A DNA stretch of 64,000 nucleotides from Eledone cirrhosa (lineage: Eukaryota): NCBI GenBank assembly GCA_964016885.1, contig OZ024745.1:71548001-71612000 (forward strand), written 5' to 3'. Of the stretch, positions 1 to 12,958 are shown one piece after another. The notes under the pieces were generated by a model. It did not search any database. It was not told where the DNA came from and saw nothing but the letters and a program-made list of their open reading frames with translations. How positions within the stretch are numbered: the first letter of the stretch is position 1; every line of letters begins with the position of its first letter. A program made the translations under genes and the position numbers.

Positions 1-1433
1 AGTAATCGCTGTAAAAACTGTAACCCCAGAATAATGTCTGTTTCATGTATGTAGAACATGAAACAGACATTATTCTGGGGTTCTACATACATAAACATAT
101 ATTTGTAAACAATAAAGAGTAACCCCTGTTTATTCAATCAACAAAAACATAATAGATTTTATTCTATTACAATCAGATTGTAAAAATTCTATTGATTAAA
201 ACCAATTTGTTTTGCTCTTTTCACCACTCTACACAGTATATAAATAGCAGCCAAATCTCTTAAATTCCAGAGACAAAAATGATGGCCTTGCCATGGCTAG
301 AACACCTTTCATTGTAAGTTTTCTTGATCATGACTAACCTGAGGCTAAACAACAACAGCTGTATTAATAATATTCTAAATAGTTCTTTTCTCCACTACTA
401 CACACTATATAAACACTGACCTAGCAAAGGAGCCTCTATGAGATCACTCAACCTTCCAAAAATAGCAGCCAAATCTCCCTCAAATTACACCCTTCTGTAT
501 TAAAAAGACATGTTGGGTAATATGAACCTAGGTTCTCTGCACAGAGACAAAAGATGGGATGGTCATGCCTGAAATACATTTAATATTAGGTCTGCTTATT
601 AGGGTTGACCTGAGGGTAAATACCAACTGTATAAATATTTTAAACTGTCCTTTTCACCACTACCACATACTATACAAATATTTCACCCCTTTCATTGTCA
701 TCATTAGCATCATCATTTAACAACTTTTTTCCCTGATACCAAGGGTTAGACAGGTCCACATAAACCAAGTCAGTACTGAAGTGGGGCTTCTGACCTCCTA
801 GACAGGCCAGGATATCTGCATTTCATTTACGTACAGTTCTATCAAGTGCATAGGGGTAATTGTCATGTTTTTGACACAACTGAAGGGTCCTCCCAACTCT
901 TTATTTGGCAAGCTTTCTATGACTAAATCCCCTTTTTATCACCAACCACTTTACAGCATGTACTGGGTGCACGTACCATATAGATCACCAACACTTGTAA
1001 TATTCTTGACACAACTGCATGATCCTCCCAACCCTTTGTTTGGCAAGCTTTCTATAGCTGAATATCCTTCCTATCACCAGCCCCTTTACATGTGTTTCAA
1101 TTAATTTTGAAAATAACCAAAATTTTGGAGGAATTTAATAAAATAACTAAACTTTTCATTAGTAAGCTGACATTTAGAACATTACTCAACAAAAATTTCT
1201 AAAATAGAATTATGAAAGAAGGTTTTAATATAAGGATAAACATTTGAAGACAAGCAATTTTGTATCATAAACTCAGAGGGGTATCAAAAGGGTTAAACTG
1301 TTTAAATATTTTAAACTGTCCTTTCTTCTAAAGTATACACACTACGTAAATATATTTCACTATGTAAATATATTTCACACCACCCCCAATAAGTGCAGAG
1401 AAGAAATAATTGACACCTTTTTATTCACCTTAC

Positions 1434-1634
1434 CTGCCTTCATTGTGGCTACCACCAAATGCTGCACATATACAAGAATAGACAGGGCAATAGAGAGCAT
1501 AATATATCCACACTGTCAGAGTGTATAGTATGGTCCTCAGCAGAACAAAAACAAGTATAACTGAGAAGATAAATCTTTGAATTAAGCCTCATTGTTCATT
1601 GTACTTGCTTTAGGTCTGTTTAACCAAGGCTAAC
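1434..1634 (-). other. Putative 201-nt non-coding (3'UTR-type) exon
   Basis: Bounded by acceptor tttttattgctgcag and donor CAG|gtaagg. All three frames contain early stops. Confidence 0.35.
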
Positions 1635-1959
1635 CTGCAGCAATAAAAACACATTATAAACATTTTTATTGGCCTGATCTATATTTTTCATGCTGTAATC
1701 TTATTCTAAAATTTACTACTTTCATCCAATATTAGCTGTGTATCAATATTTATAAACTAAATATTTATCAACTGATTTGTTCTGCTCATATAATTTTAAT
1801 TCCAAATACTTTAAACATCATCTTTAATAAACAAATACTGCAATATTTATTATAAATTACAAAGAAACACTATATCGTTTATTATTTCTGCTTTGCTTTA
1901 AATCAAATATAACTGGATTATATTACCTAGATTTCTTGGTGTCAGTCTGTGGCATACAG

Positions 1960-2510
1960 AACTGCATACAGTTAGAATAATCAGGATGTGATTGAATAGA
2001 AGATTCATTGAATCTTGGCATCTTCAGAGAAAGCTCCATTCCTGGTTCAGCCTCACTGGGAAAATAACCTGCATAAAAGGTTTTATATATATAATACAAA
2101 ATAACAACCTTTTTTATGTTCTAAATAGCATTGTGATAACAAGAAATTTAGTGCTAAATATATGTTTTATCTGGGTTATAGATATATGCATGTACATATA
2201 GTAATAGGGTTGTATATTAAGACATATATGATATGTTTACATATAATAAACATACTTTATATGTTTATTATGAGCCCCACTATGTTAGTGTTACTCTAAG
2301 TAATCCTAGCTGGTCAAGTTTGCACTATATGTAAATAAGCATCACAGCCAATATATTAATTGCACTATATGCAAATGAGCTTCTCTAGTTGATGTTTCAT
2401 TTACAAACAAGTATATAAGTTATAAGCTTATTCCTGTGTCAGTATCAAATGAGTAAATATGTCACCAATGATGGATAAAAATCCCAAAACATGTGTCTGA
2501 CGTTCTCATA
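1960..2510 (+). mobile_element. Highly decayed Penelope-like 3' end with degenerate hammerhead motif
   Basis: RRFIESWHLQ resembles the PLE endonuclease tail. A hammerhead-like fold lies at 2459-2503. Confidence 0.35.
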
Positions 2511-3558
2511 CAGCTATTGATATAGCTGTGACATCATCACAGCTTAAAATATTCAAAGGCAGACTCTTGTGTATTTACTATACATAAACATATTGTATAT
2601 ACCTTCAAATACATCTCTATTGTGTACATATAGTGTACCTGATGTACTTCAAGTAACAAGGTGAATGGGCAGTAAACAGGAAGTAAAAAGAATGACTGTT
2701 CAGCAGTGGGTGGGGAGTTGTAGGGTCAGCACATCATCATCATCATCATTTTACATCCGCTTTTCCTTGCTTGCAAGGGTGGGACGGAAACTGATTCTGG
2801 CTTGATTTCTACAGCTGGATGCCCTTCCTAACACCAACCTCATTTACAGTGAGTGATGCGTGCTTTTTTTCCGTGGTGCCTACACGTCCACTTTACAGTG
2901 TGGGCTGGGTGCTTTTTTGCCGTGGCACTTCCACAACCACTTTGCAGAGGAATGATAGGGACCCCAGTCCTATCATCTCATTTCTACAGCTGAGTAAACA
3001 GGAGCAATGTGAAATAAAGTGTCTTGCTCAAGGAAACAACACATCACCTGGCCTGAGAATTGAACTCACAACCTTTCGATTGCAAGCCCAATGCTCTAAC
3101 CACTAAGCCATGTGCCTCCACAATTCTCACTAAACAGACTACAGCCACAAAGTAAATAAATAAAGTGGATGAAAGAATTTGTTCATACTGAGCGCAATAA
3201 TAATAATGATTTCTACATTAGGCAAGGCCAGCAATTTGAGGGGGGGGGGGGGGCGATTAAATCGACCCCAATGTATTACTGATACTTTATTTTATTGACC
3301 CCGTAAGGATGAAAGGCAAAGTTAACCTTGGCAGGATTTGAACTCAGAACGTAAAGGGTCAAGATGAATATTGAAATAACAACGACAATAGTAATAATAT
3401 ATGCATATAGTAATAATAATAATAATAATAAACATATAGCAATAGTAATAATATATACATATTTACACACACACATTCATTGTTTCGCACTCACACACAT
3501 GTATACGCACATACATACGCACACATGTGTATAGACACACACACATATATATACTTAT

Positions 3559-3590
<32 letters not shown>

Positions 3591-3757
3591 GCGTGCATGT
3601 GTGGTTATATGCTTGTGTGTGTGTATATACAATGACCATTTCTTTGCTACCTCCATTATTTGACCATTCAAGGGCTGATGTATTTGAAGAAATTCAGATA
3701 TCTTCCTCTCTATTCAGTCTTTGCTCTCTCTCTCTTTTCCTGCTTATGTTTATATAT

Positions 3758-3889
3758 AAGTTTATATAGAAAAGGCTTCGACAGGACTAGTACTGTTTCA
3801 TTCGTATGAAATCATCAGGAATGCCCTCCTGGTGATTTCATACGAATGAAACAGTACTAGTCCTGTAGAAACATTTTCTATATAAACTT
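3758..3889. ncRNA. Palindromic element with type I hammerhead-ribozyme motifs (best copy on minus strand, 3828-3771)
   Basis: Inverted arms of about 63 bp flank a 6-nt loop. The minus strand reads GAGGGC-A-UUC CUGAUGA UUUCAUACGAAU GAAA CAG UACUAGUC CUG UC^GAA GCCUUU, giving the conserved core, stems I and III, and a GUC cleavage triplet. Confidence 0.65.
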
Positions 3890-4019
3890 GTCTTCACTCT
3901 ACACATGTATTGAATATTTACTGTGGTTACCCCCAACCCAACTCAGGATCTACTTAGCATACACACACACACACACCATCGGCATATCATTTAACATCCA
4001 TTTTTCCACATGCGTGTGT

Positions 4020-4340
4020 CTTGTTATATGAGGGGCCCATCAAACCTGAATTACCCCCAGATGCCCCCAAGGTCTAAATCTAGTCCTGTGGCCAGGCAAA
4101 TATTAGTCAGAGTATGGTGTGGAAGCATCTACAGACTGATCAATATTTTTTATAAAAGCAAAACCTCCTGCCAATCCCTCAAAATCAGGAGTTTGGGATG
4201 CAATTCTGTGAAGACCATCAAGAACAAAGATGCCATTAATGCCGATACTATAGCAACATAGATTCGCTACAAATTTGATAAACAAGCTCTGAATGAATAA
4301 GAAACTTGTGAGAGCTATATAGATTATATACATGGAGAAA
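4020..4340 (+). mobile_element. Possible RTE 5' end / APE endonuclease start remnant
   Basis: LKIRSLGCNSVKT..IA..IRYKFDKQALNE loosely resembles the APE N-terminus (LKIG.WNVRT..RY..DI.AL.E). It is degraded. Confidence 0.3.
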
Positions 4341-5055
4341 GGATGGTATTGAAACAGTAGTTATGGATCAATGACATGTAGAGAATTGTTATATTGACAA
4401 CTAAAAAGATAGTAAATGATAGAATTAGAAGAGAATTGAACAAAATGTCTTGTGGTATTTAGTTATAACCCTTAACATTGTGGATTCAAATCTTGCTGGA
4501 TGTATCTTGGATGTATCCTAGCCTTTCATTCTTCCATTGTCAATAAAATAAGTACCATTCAAGAATTAGAGATTAATGTATTCAATTATATCTTCCTACA
4601 AAATGTATAATATGTGCCTCACTATATTGACAACTGAGGCTTTATCTCTTTCTCTGTACAAAAGAGAAGTTATCAGCAGAGTTACATAGGTATAAGATGT
4701 GTTTCACTAAAGATACAGAATTTGTAACAGTAAAGAATCTAGTTGGACAGGAGATGAAACAGTGAAGTGAAAAGGAATGTGAAAGACAAACTTAACATAA
4801 TTGAAAAACAACCAGAAAAATTGTACAGATTTCAGTTTAACTTCTGCTCTTCAGTTTGTTGGTTCAATATTTGAAATTGTGCCATAAGCTAGCCAGAACT
4901 AAGAAAAAGTTAAGACAATAAAAAAAAAGTAGTGTCTTGTTGAGAAAATTATAAAAATATGTGAACAATTTGAAACAGGTTATTTCAAGCTGTAATAAAA
5001 AATTTAAAAAAATTAATTAATTAAAAAAAACAAATGATAATAGGAACAATACTGT

Positions 5056-5325
5056 TTATACATCCTGCTGATGATAATTAAGATAATGATAAGAGGAGGA
5101 ATTAGATGATAATGATTTACCTGTGTTATTTGAGGATAGTGATAAATTTGTAGAAGTTTGTCTTAAGCCATCACATGTTAATTTAGGTAAATTCTGATTG
5201 ATTAAGTAGTTAAATGGAGAAGTTTTTGGTAAATTTATCTTATTTTGCAGCTGTTCATTTGCAGTTTCATTGTTTTTCAACTGTTTATAGTTGTTTTCTA
5301 ACCATAATGGTTTTCGTCTTGGTAT
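5056..5325 (-). CDS. Probable second coding exon of the HSF5-like gene (IPRRKPLWLENNYKQ...HQQDV*)
   Basis: A strong acceptor (ttgttctcctttatag) precedes 5325. The phase-0 frame is open to TAA and matches the phase-0 donor at 12959, giving a joined protein of about 339 aa. An internal donor CAG|gtaaat after 5121 is an alternative. Confidence 0.6.
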   Translation of the reverse strand: MPRRKPLWLENNYKQLKNNETANEQLQNKINLPKTSPFNYLINQNLPKLTCDGLRQTSTNLSLSSNNTGKSLSSNSSSYHYLNYHQQDV

Positions 5326-5924
5326 CTATAAAGGAGAACAAACCAAAGAAATTGAATTTTGTCAAACATAAGGACAATTAAAAGTATTGAATTAACCCTT
5401 TCATGATCACATATTTTATAAAATATACTCTATTTCAATTAATTATTGAAAAATGTTTATGGATTTATTAGAATTATTAATTATTTCATTGTTAAGGTAG
5501 TAACTTGACATATGGTTCCTATATAAAATTATGTTGAAGTATTATTGTGGTGATGATGCTGGTAGTTGCAGGTGTGGGTGCACTTCTACTACTGGCAATG
5601 GTGGTAGTAGTAGGAGTTGGGTAGTTGTGATGGTGGCAGTAGCAGCAGAAATGGTGATGATGATGATGATAATGAAACATATATAATTCACAGCTATTAC
5701 TCAGGTTTTATATTTTACCAACAATGTCACACTATCCCACAATGTTCATAGTTCTGCATAATGTAAGAAGGGCATGTTATATCATGTTTTCTGATCCAGA
5801 CAGTAACACTCTATAATAATGAAATACATGATCTCAGCTACAGCTTAAATCTGTCACATATTCTGTAGAGTAGTAAAAACAACTTGATTTATATTTTTAA
5901 CCTTTTCATATTAAAACGCCTTAA

Positions 5925-6145
5925 CCCTTTAGCATTTAAACCAGCCATATCCAGCCAGAATTCTCTCAACTCTTTCTGTTCAAACCAGTCGTAACTAGTC
6001 ACTCATACCAATGTTAAGGTATTGTTCTCAAAATAAATAATATCAAAATCTCATAGATTCGATATTGTGTGAGATAATTATGTGAGATAAAGCCGTTACC
6101 ATGAAAATACAACAATATATATAGAGTAATGTGAATTCTAAAGGG
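5925..6145. mobile_element. piggyBac-type MITE (second copy at 37255-37453)
   Basis: Termini TTAA|ccctttagcatt...aattctaaaggg|TTAA. A similar internal sequence with TTAA flanks occurs at 37255-37453. Confidence 0.75.
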
Positions 6146-6691
6146 TTAAACTGCCTCTGGTTATGATATGAAACTCTTTGTTTTAAAGTGCTTATAATGA
6201 TTTCTAATTGAGGAAAATTTGGAGGAAAATCAAAGTTGATTATATCAGCCCCAGTACTTGATTGGTACTTTATTTTATCTACCCCAGAAGGATGAAAGGC
6301 AAAGTTGACTCATGGCAGAATTTGAACTCAAAAAGTAAGATGCCAGAACAAATACTGCAATAGCATTTTATCTGAAGCTCTACTAATTCTGCCAATCCAC
6401 CATGCTGATAAGTTTCTTGGGTTGTCTGAATATTGATATTCACTATTACTTGAAGTTAGAAAAACAATTTCTTTAATATCAAGTATGTAAGGACCAAAAA
6501 GGAAATTAAATTCCCTTTCAAACATTTTGAAAGCCTTCAGCTATGCAATTTGGAAACTGATGACATAGTGCTGAATAAACAGGCAAAACTCCAGAGTAAC
6601 AAGACTCCCTTTTTAGCCTTAATAATATTGAATATCAAACCTTTACTTTGGCATTGAGTACTCCTTTCTCTCAGCCGTCAACCATATACAG

Positions 6692-6732
<41 letters not shown>

Positions 6733-7028
6733 TATATTACGCCTCAGTGTCCTTCTTTGTCTGCATGTTGGACAACAGTCCTTATTCTTCTGTTTTATTA
6801 TTTCTCTCCTTTCTATGTTTTTCTCCTTCGGCTAAGCCCTGGCACACTCTATATTATTTGTGTAATTGACCTAAAAGCATAACTTGTCTCTACCTGTTTT
6901 GTAATGTTCCAATGTGCACTGGAATGAATAGTATCAACCTTAATATCATCTAAACTATAGTGATTTCCAGAGGTTCACTGTCTGTCTTTCCATTTTTTTA
7001 ATTGTCTTTGTCCTGCGTGCTCCCTATT

Positions 7029-7059
<31 letters not shown>

Positions 7060-7260
7060 TAGGGTGAGTAAAATTCCAGAGATCCATGGACGAGTTATTT
7101 CCAGCGATCTCTGTCCTTCATTATCACTGCTATGTCCTGCATCTCCCAGAGACCAGTGTCCTCTGTGTTACTTTCAAATTAACTTTGTATATATGTATGT
7201 ATGTATAAATATATATCTGTGTGTGTGTATATATATATATGTGTGTATGTGTGTGTATAT

Positions 7261-7513
7261 AAGAAGGCTGCGTTGGTATGCACATGGAGGATGACCACTG
7301 GGTAAGGAAGTGCCAAGAAATCCCAGTGGAAGGAAAACGCAGTAGCGGAAGACCATGAAAATCATGGGTGGTGTAGGTGAGAGCTGACCTCAGATCGCTG
7401 AAGCTCACAGAGGAGATGACGAAGGACCGTGACGAATGGAGAGATGCTGTGCTAAATAGGACCCATCCCACCCTTGCAAGCAAGGAAAAGCGGATGTAAA
7501 ATGATGATGATGA
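7261..7513 (+). mobile_element. RTE-clade LINE 3' end with (TGA)n tail
   Basis: Reads RRLRWY.H..GRP.KSW..V.ADL..L.L..EMTKDRDEWR. The final ~50 bp is nearly identical to the SINE tail at 2732-2785 (opposite strand). Confidence 0.75.
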
Positions 7514-7553
7514 TATATATATATATGTGTGTGTCTGTGTGTGTATGTGTATC

Positions 7554-7603
<50 letters not shown>

Positions 7604-7609
7604 TGTGTG

Positions 7610-7673
<64 letters not shown>

Positions 7674-7690
7674 CATATGTGTGTGTGTAT
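7514..7690. repeat. Compound (TA)n/(TG)n microsatellite (representative of dozens, e.g. 24680-24752, 43355-43396, 51525-51556, 61290-61331)
   Basis: Direct inspection. Confidence 0.95.
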
Positions 7691-10600
7691 CATCAAAACA
7701 GACATTAAATAATTGTTTCTACTTTAGGCACAAAGCCAGCAATTACCCAGTAATGAATAATGATAGATATTATTATTAACACGAAGCGAAGGATCTGAAA
7801 ATGTTGTCGTCATGACTTTCACCTACACAAATACAACTAAATCGAGAGGAGCCTCTAGGTGATCACTGAACCTGCAAGAGATATGAACCAAATCACAATC
7901 TACTCTTTTGAACAATGATCACTACATTGGATAATATAGTCTTAGATATACTATATAAAAGATGGGGTGATCAAAATTGGAACAGCTTTGATCAAAGATC
8001 TGCTAAACTGTGGCTGGCTTTAGGCTAAACAACAATGTTATGAAGGAAACAAGAGGCAAAAAATATACTGTTGAACCTGCTCTCCATTTTATTGTTGTAG
8101 CATGAAAACAATCAATTTTATATCCACTCTCAATTATCAATTAATTAATGATGAAACAAGCCTATAGTCCATACAGTTTATAAACTAAGATAACCCAGAA
8201 ACGATGTAGCTATTTTAGTTACATAAATATTTGTCATTTAAAATATGTATGAGGCAACTTTGTAATCCAATCATATTATTAAGTATGAATAAACAAGATA
8301 AAGTCAGTGACTAATATGTATATAAACACTAGATATATAAACCAAGATATATAAACATTAGGTGTATTGACCTTGAAGTCAACTTTGCCTGCCAATGTTA
8401 ACTTTATCTTTCACCTTTTAAGGATCAATGAAATCAAATACCAGTCTAAGGTAGTGGATTGACTGGATTTTTAGAGCATCAGACAAGATGTTTTGCAGTA
8501 TTTTTTCCAGCTCATTTCACTTCAAGTTCACTCCAAGTATGGCCTACTTAATTTGTCACCTAGATTACCTCACTGATTAAATAGTAAAAAAAAAACAATC
8601 CTGGGATCATGTCGCCATTTTAGTTATATAAACTGCAGTCAGTGTTGCATGTCCTCCTTAAAATGTAGTTGTGTCACTGTTCTGTGTATTACACGTATCT
8701 GCAACAATGATGATGATTTTGAAATTGTGTTGTCATTTAAAATATGCGTAAAACACTTTTGTAATGTAATTATCTTATTAAGTAACAAATAAGTTGTACA
8801 ATAAGTATGAATACACAAGATAAATACACTGATTATTATGTATATAAACAGTTCCAGTAAAATATTTATATGAAATCAATAATTTGTTGCAGAGGTAAGG
8901 GTATTGAACTGGGTCATAGTTTAAAATGGCCTTTCTTTATTGCCCTAAAATTTGCTGAGGTCAACTTAGCCTTTCAATCTTTCTGAATTAATAAAATAAA
9001 TACTATTAATTCTACTGAAAGATAATATATAGTGACAGAAGGTACATCGACCATTATACAATCAGAATCTGATGAAATAAAATTAAAAGTGGTGAATGAT
9101 TACATTTTGAATAATTTTCATGACTATGACAAAAAGGGTGTATCAAAAGATTATTTTACAGAAAAACAAGTTTGAAATATCTCTTTAGTTCAAATTTTCT
9201 GCATTATCAGTCTCCAGCTACAATATGTTTTACTTTTTCTTACATTAATTCTTTTTACATGGTTTACATTCAATGCTCTATACCAGAAAATTGTACAGTC
9301 ATACAAACTCTGGATATTTGCATGTCTGAGGCAAATATTTGCAGTGAAGCTATCCTTTCTGCAAATAGATCAAACGTGAAATAAATTGGTTTTCCGTGAG
9401 AAAGAGGGAAAGTCTAATGTTTATAATCACTATTTACCAACAAAGACCAGCACTAGTTTTATCAGATACTGCTGTTTACTTTATCCTTTCTAGAGTTTAT
9501 GAATCATGAAATGTGAACAGTATCTATTTTCAACTTGGCTTGAAAATGCATTCAGTAGAATATAAACTCTAATAGTGGACACAGCATAGCTGGATGGCCA
9601 AGAAGTTTGATTTGCAATCATAAGATTTTAAGCTTAATCTCACTGCATGGCATCTTGAACAAGTATCATTTACCATAGGTTCAGGTTGTCCCAAACTTTT
9701 TGGAGTGAAATTGGATAAACAGAAACTGTTGCGAAACCCATAAGGACTGTACCTGTAATTTAAAGAGCCAGTCATATTGCACACTGTCTCAAGCTGAATC
9801 TCACTTACAATTAAGTTAAGGGTACATGTTTGTCGAATACTCAGCCAATTGCCGTTAATTTCATGAGAAGGTCATTCTATTGATTGAACAACTCAAATGC
9901 TTATTGTCAAAATCAACAGAGGTTCATTTCATTCTAAGAGATCAGTTGTGTAGCAACATAGTTAAAGTATGTCTCAAACTTTGAGAATCATTGGGTCAGA
10001 GCCTATCTCAGTTTCCTTGGAGTTAGCAACTGAGAGTATAAGACTTCACCTTGGACAGGATGCCAGTTCATTACAAGGTTATTCCCCAGTCACAGTTGGT
10101 ACTCAATTTTCTATTCACTTACATGGACTGGAGTAATGTAAAATGAAGTGTCTTATTCAAGGACACACCACATTGCCTAGTCTGGGAATCAAACTCACTA
10201 CTTTACAATCGTGAGCTGAACATCCTAACCACAAAGCTACCTACTCATGACTGATTATAAAATAATATACTGACAATAATTTTGAATCCAGAATTCCACT
10301 TGATGCCGCATTGACTGTGTGTGTGTATGTTTATCTTGATATGTGTCTTCACATTGACACTGCTTGTGTAGTCAGTGATATTTATGTCCCAGAGCCCAAC
10401 GATGCAACATGTGAAGATGAGTGGAGTAAATACATTACTTAAAAACAAGCAATGATTGGGATCAGGAATGGCATCTAGCAATAGAATACAGCCTAAAACA
10501 AAACACCCATCCAACCCATATCAACACGGATAAACAAATGGGAAAATGATGATGTCAATAACAGTGACCATTAAATTAATGTGCTCGATATACTCAAATC

Positions 10601-12958
10601 ACCTTGGTTTCAACTCATATATTTACTGGTGTGCTCTCCCTCAGATAAAACATGTAATAACTTTGATTGCCTTAGTTTTTACTATTATTGTTGTTGTTTT
10701 GGTTCAAATCAAAGATATTCTAGCTATGTCCATCCACTGTTTTGTATACTCTTTTGACTGTTCTACACTATGGGCTGTGGCCATGATGAGACACTGCAAT
10801 CAGTGTATCTAGAACTACATTGTTCATAGTGCCCTTCTATTTTTAAGATGGTAGAATATGATTTTATGGAAATTTGGCACTATTTCTAGCAAGTCAAGCA
10901 ACCATGTAGAGTCTCTCTAGTTAGCTCACTTGTTAGCTTTAGTTTATTTGAATGACAGTTGAGATGTTTAGCAATAGGAAAGACACCCAATTGTAAAAAC
11001 AATTATCCTATACAGGATACTGTGGTAAAATTGAATGTAAATCAGTGCAAACCAAGATATGAAGGAAACATTTACAAATAGCAAACCTTGACATAAGCAT
11101 AAGGATATAAAATTTGAAGTGGGGATTAATCTGCACTACAACAACAAATATTTAAAGGTTATTTTCCCAGATAAAGCAAGGGTTAGCCTTGTATGAACCA
11201 CGACAGAGCCTCATAATCTTCATGAAGTGCTTTTTGAAGCAATATTTTATAGCCAGATGTCTTACTTGGTAACATCCCTTTTAGTTGCCTGTTACAACAC
11301 ACAGACATATCGTGTGCCTATTATAAACCAGATATACACTGTATAAGTGGTCGACAATACTTGACTTCTATGAATTTTATCAACTCTACTGGAAGGATTC
11401 AAGATAAATCTGACCTTAGTGAGGTTGGAACTCAAAATGTGAATGCATATAACTACATACCACAAGTCTACTGGTGCTGTCATTCACCTCCCTAAGCTTT
11501 GTCAAATAATTGTTTCTAACACAGGTACAAAACCATCAGATTGGAGGGAGAGCCTACTCAATTAAACCACTCCAATACTTGTCCAGTACATAATTTTATT
11601 GAACAGATGGATGAAATGCAAAGTTGACTTTGGTGGGATTTGAACTCAGAATTTAAAGAGCCAGTACAAATATTACAATGCATTTTGTTCAATACACTTA
11701 CAGTTCTGCCAAGCCCTCAACCTAAGCATCAACTTAAATATTTCTGGAAAAACAAAGATCAATTAACCTAATTATATAAATCAATTAAAATATTGTCCCA
11801 AATATTGTATTGTTTATTAATTAGTGCAAAAGATAGTGCTTTTTAATCAGTCAAAATGAAATAGAGGGATTAATTCATATTTTCTTTCCCATTTTCTTTG
11901 TTTTAAATTCATTTTCCAACAATTTTTCCCAGCAAATTTAGATGGGGTGATTTTTTTTATTTTCATTTATTTGTTTGTTTATAATTTTCTTTGAATAGTT
12001 AAAATAGATATTCTAACTATTAATCCTTCAACCATATCTGATTGATTGAGGTTAGTAGGACAAGTTGACTCATTCATCACTTGACTAGAAGTTGTGAATT
12101 AGCAGAAGTATTAGAACATCAGACTAAATGCCTTGTGGTATTTACTTTGGTTCCTTGCATTCTGAGTTCAAATCCCACTGAGGAACCATGTTTTCCTCCT
12201 TCTGAATAAATATAGTACCCGTCTAGAACAGTGAATTGTCAGTATTGTTAGAGCTCTGGATGGAATGTCCTGTGGTATTCTGTGCTGCTTTGGCCTACTT
12301 AGGTGGAACAGTTAAACTGTCATCTGATTTAACACTACCACCTGGACATTGGATACTTTTACTAAAGTCCATTTTGTTGTAAGCATTCAGGCCAGTCTTT
12401 TGGGTCCTGAAAAGGGGCATCAGCACTGCTCTTCCCTGCTGTCTAATACAAAAATAATAATAGCAAGTGTTGAATTCATGACTTTAGTACAATCAGTTAA
12501 CCTTACTACATTTCACATAATTGGAACTCAAAATAAGACTGGTGGGTTGGATTTAGAGTGTCGAAAAATAATGCCTAATGGTATTTATTCTGACTCTTTA
12601 CATTCTTAGCATGGTCAACTTTCGATTCCATCCTTCCAAGTCAATAAAATAAAGTACTAGTCAAGTACTAGGGTCAATATAATCGATTTTCCCCTCCTCT
12701 CAAATTGTTGTCTAAATGAGAAAACATAAGGGTTAGCAGAATCATTAGAACATTGGACAAAATGTTTAACGGGTTTTAGTTATGAACCTTTACATAGTGA
12801 GTTCAAATTTTGCTATGGTCAGCATCGCCTTTTGTCTTTATAGAATTGATAAAATCAAGTAGCAGTTAATTACTGGGATAGGTTAAATTTAATTAGAAAC
12901 TATCATTAGAACTCAGAAACTTATAATGAAAAAGAACAAAAGTTAATGAAAAGATTAC

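Noticed and set aside
7452-7779. YIYI/CVCV ORFs here and elsewhere
   Set aside because: Translations of dinucleotide microsatellites.
9170-9358. Possible extra minus-strand exon of the HSF5-like gene after tttgcag
   Set aside because: The phase-0 frame stops after two codons and there is no clear donor.
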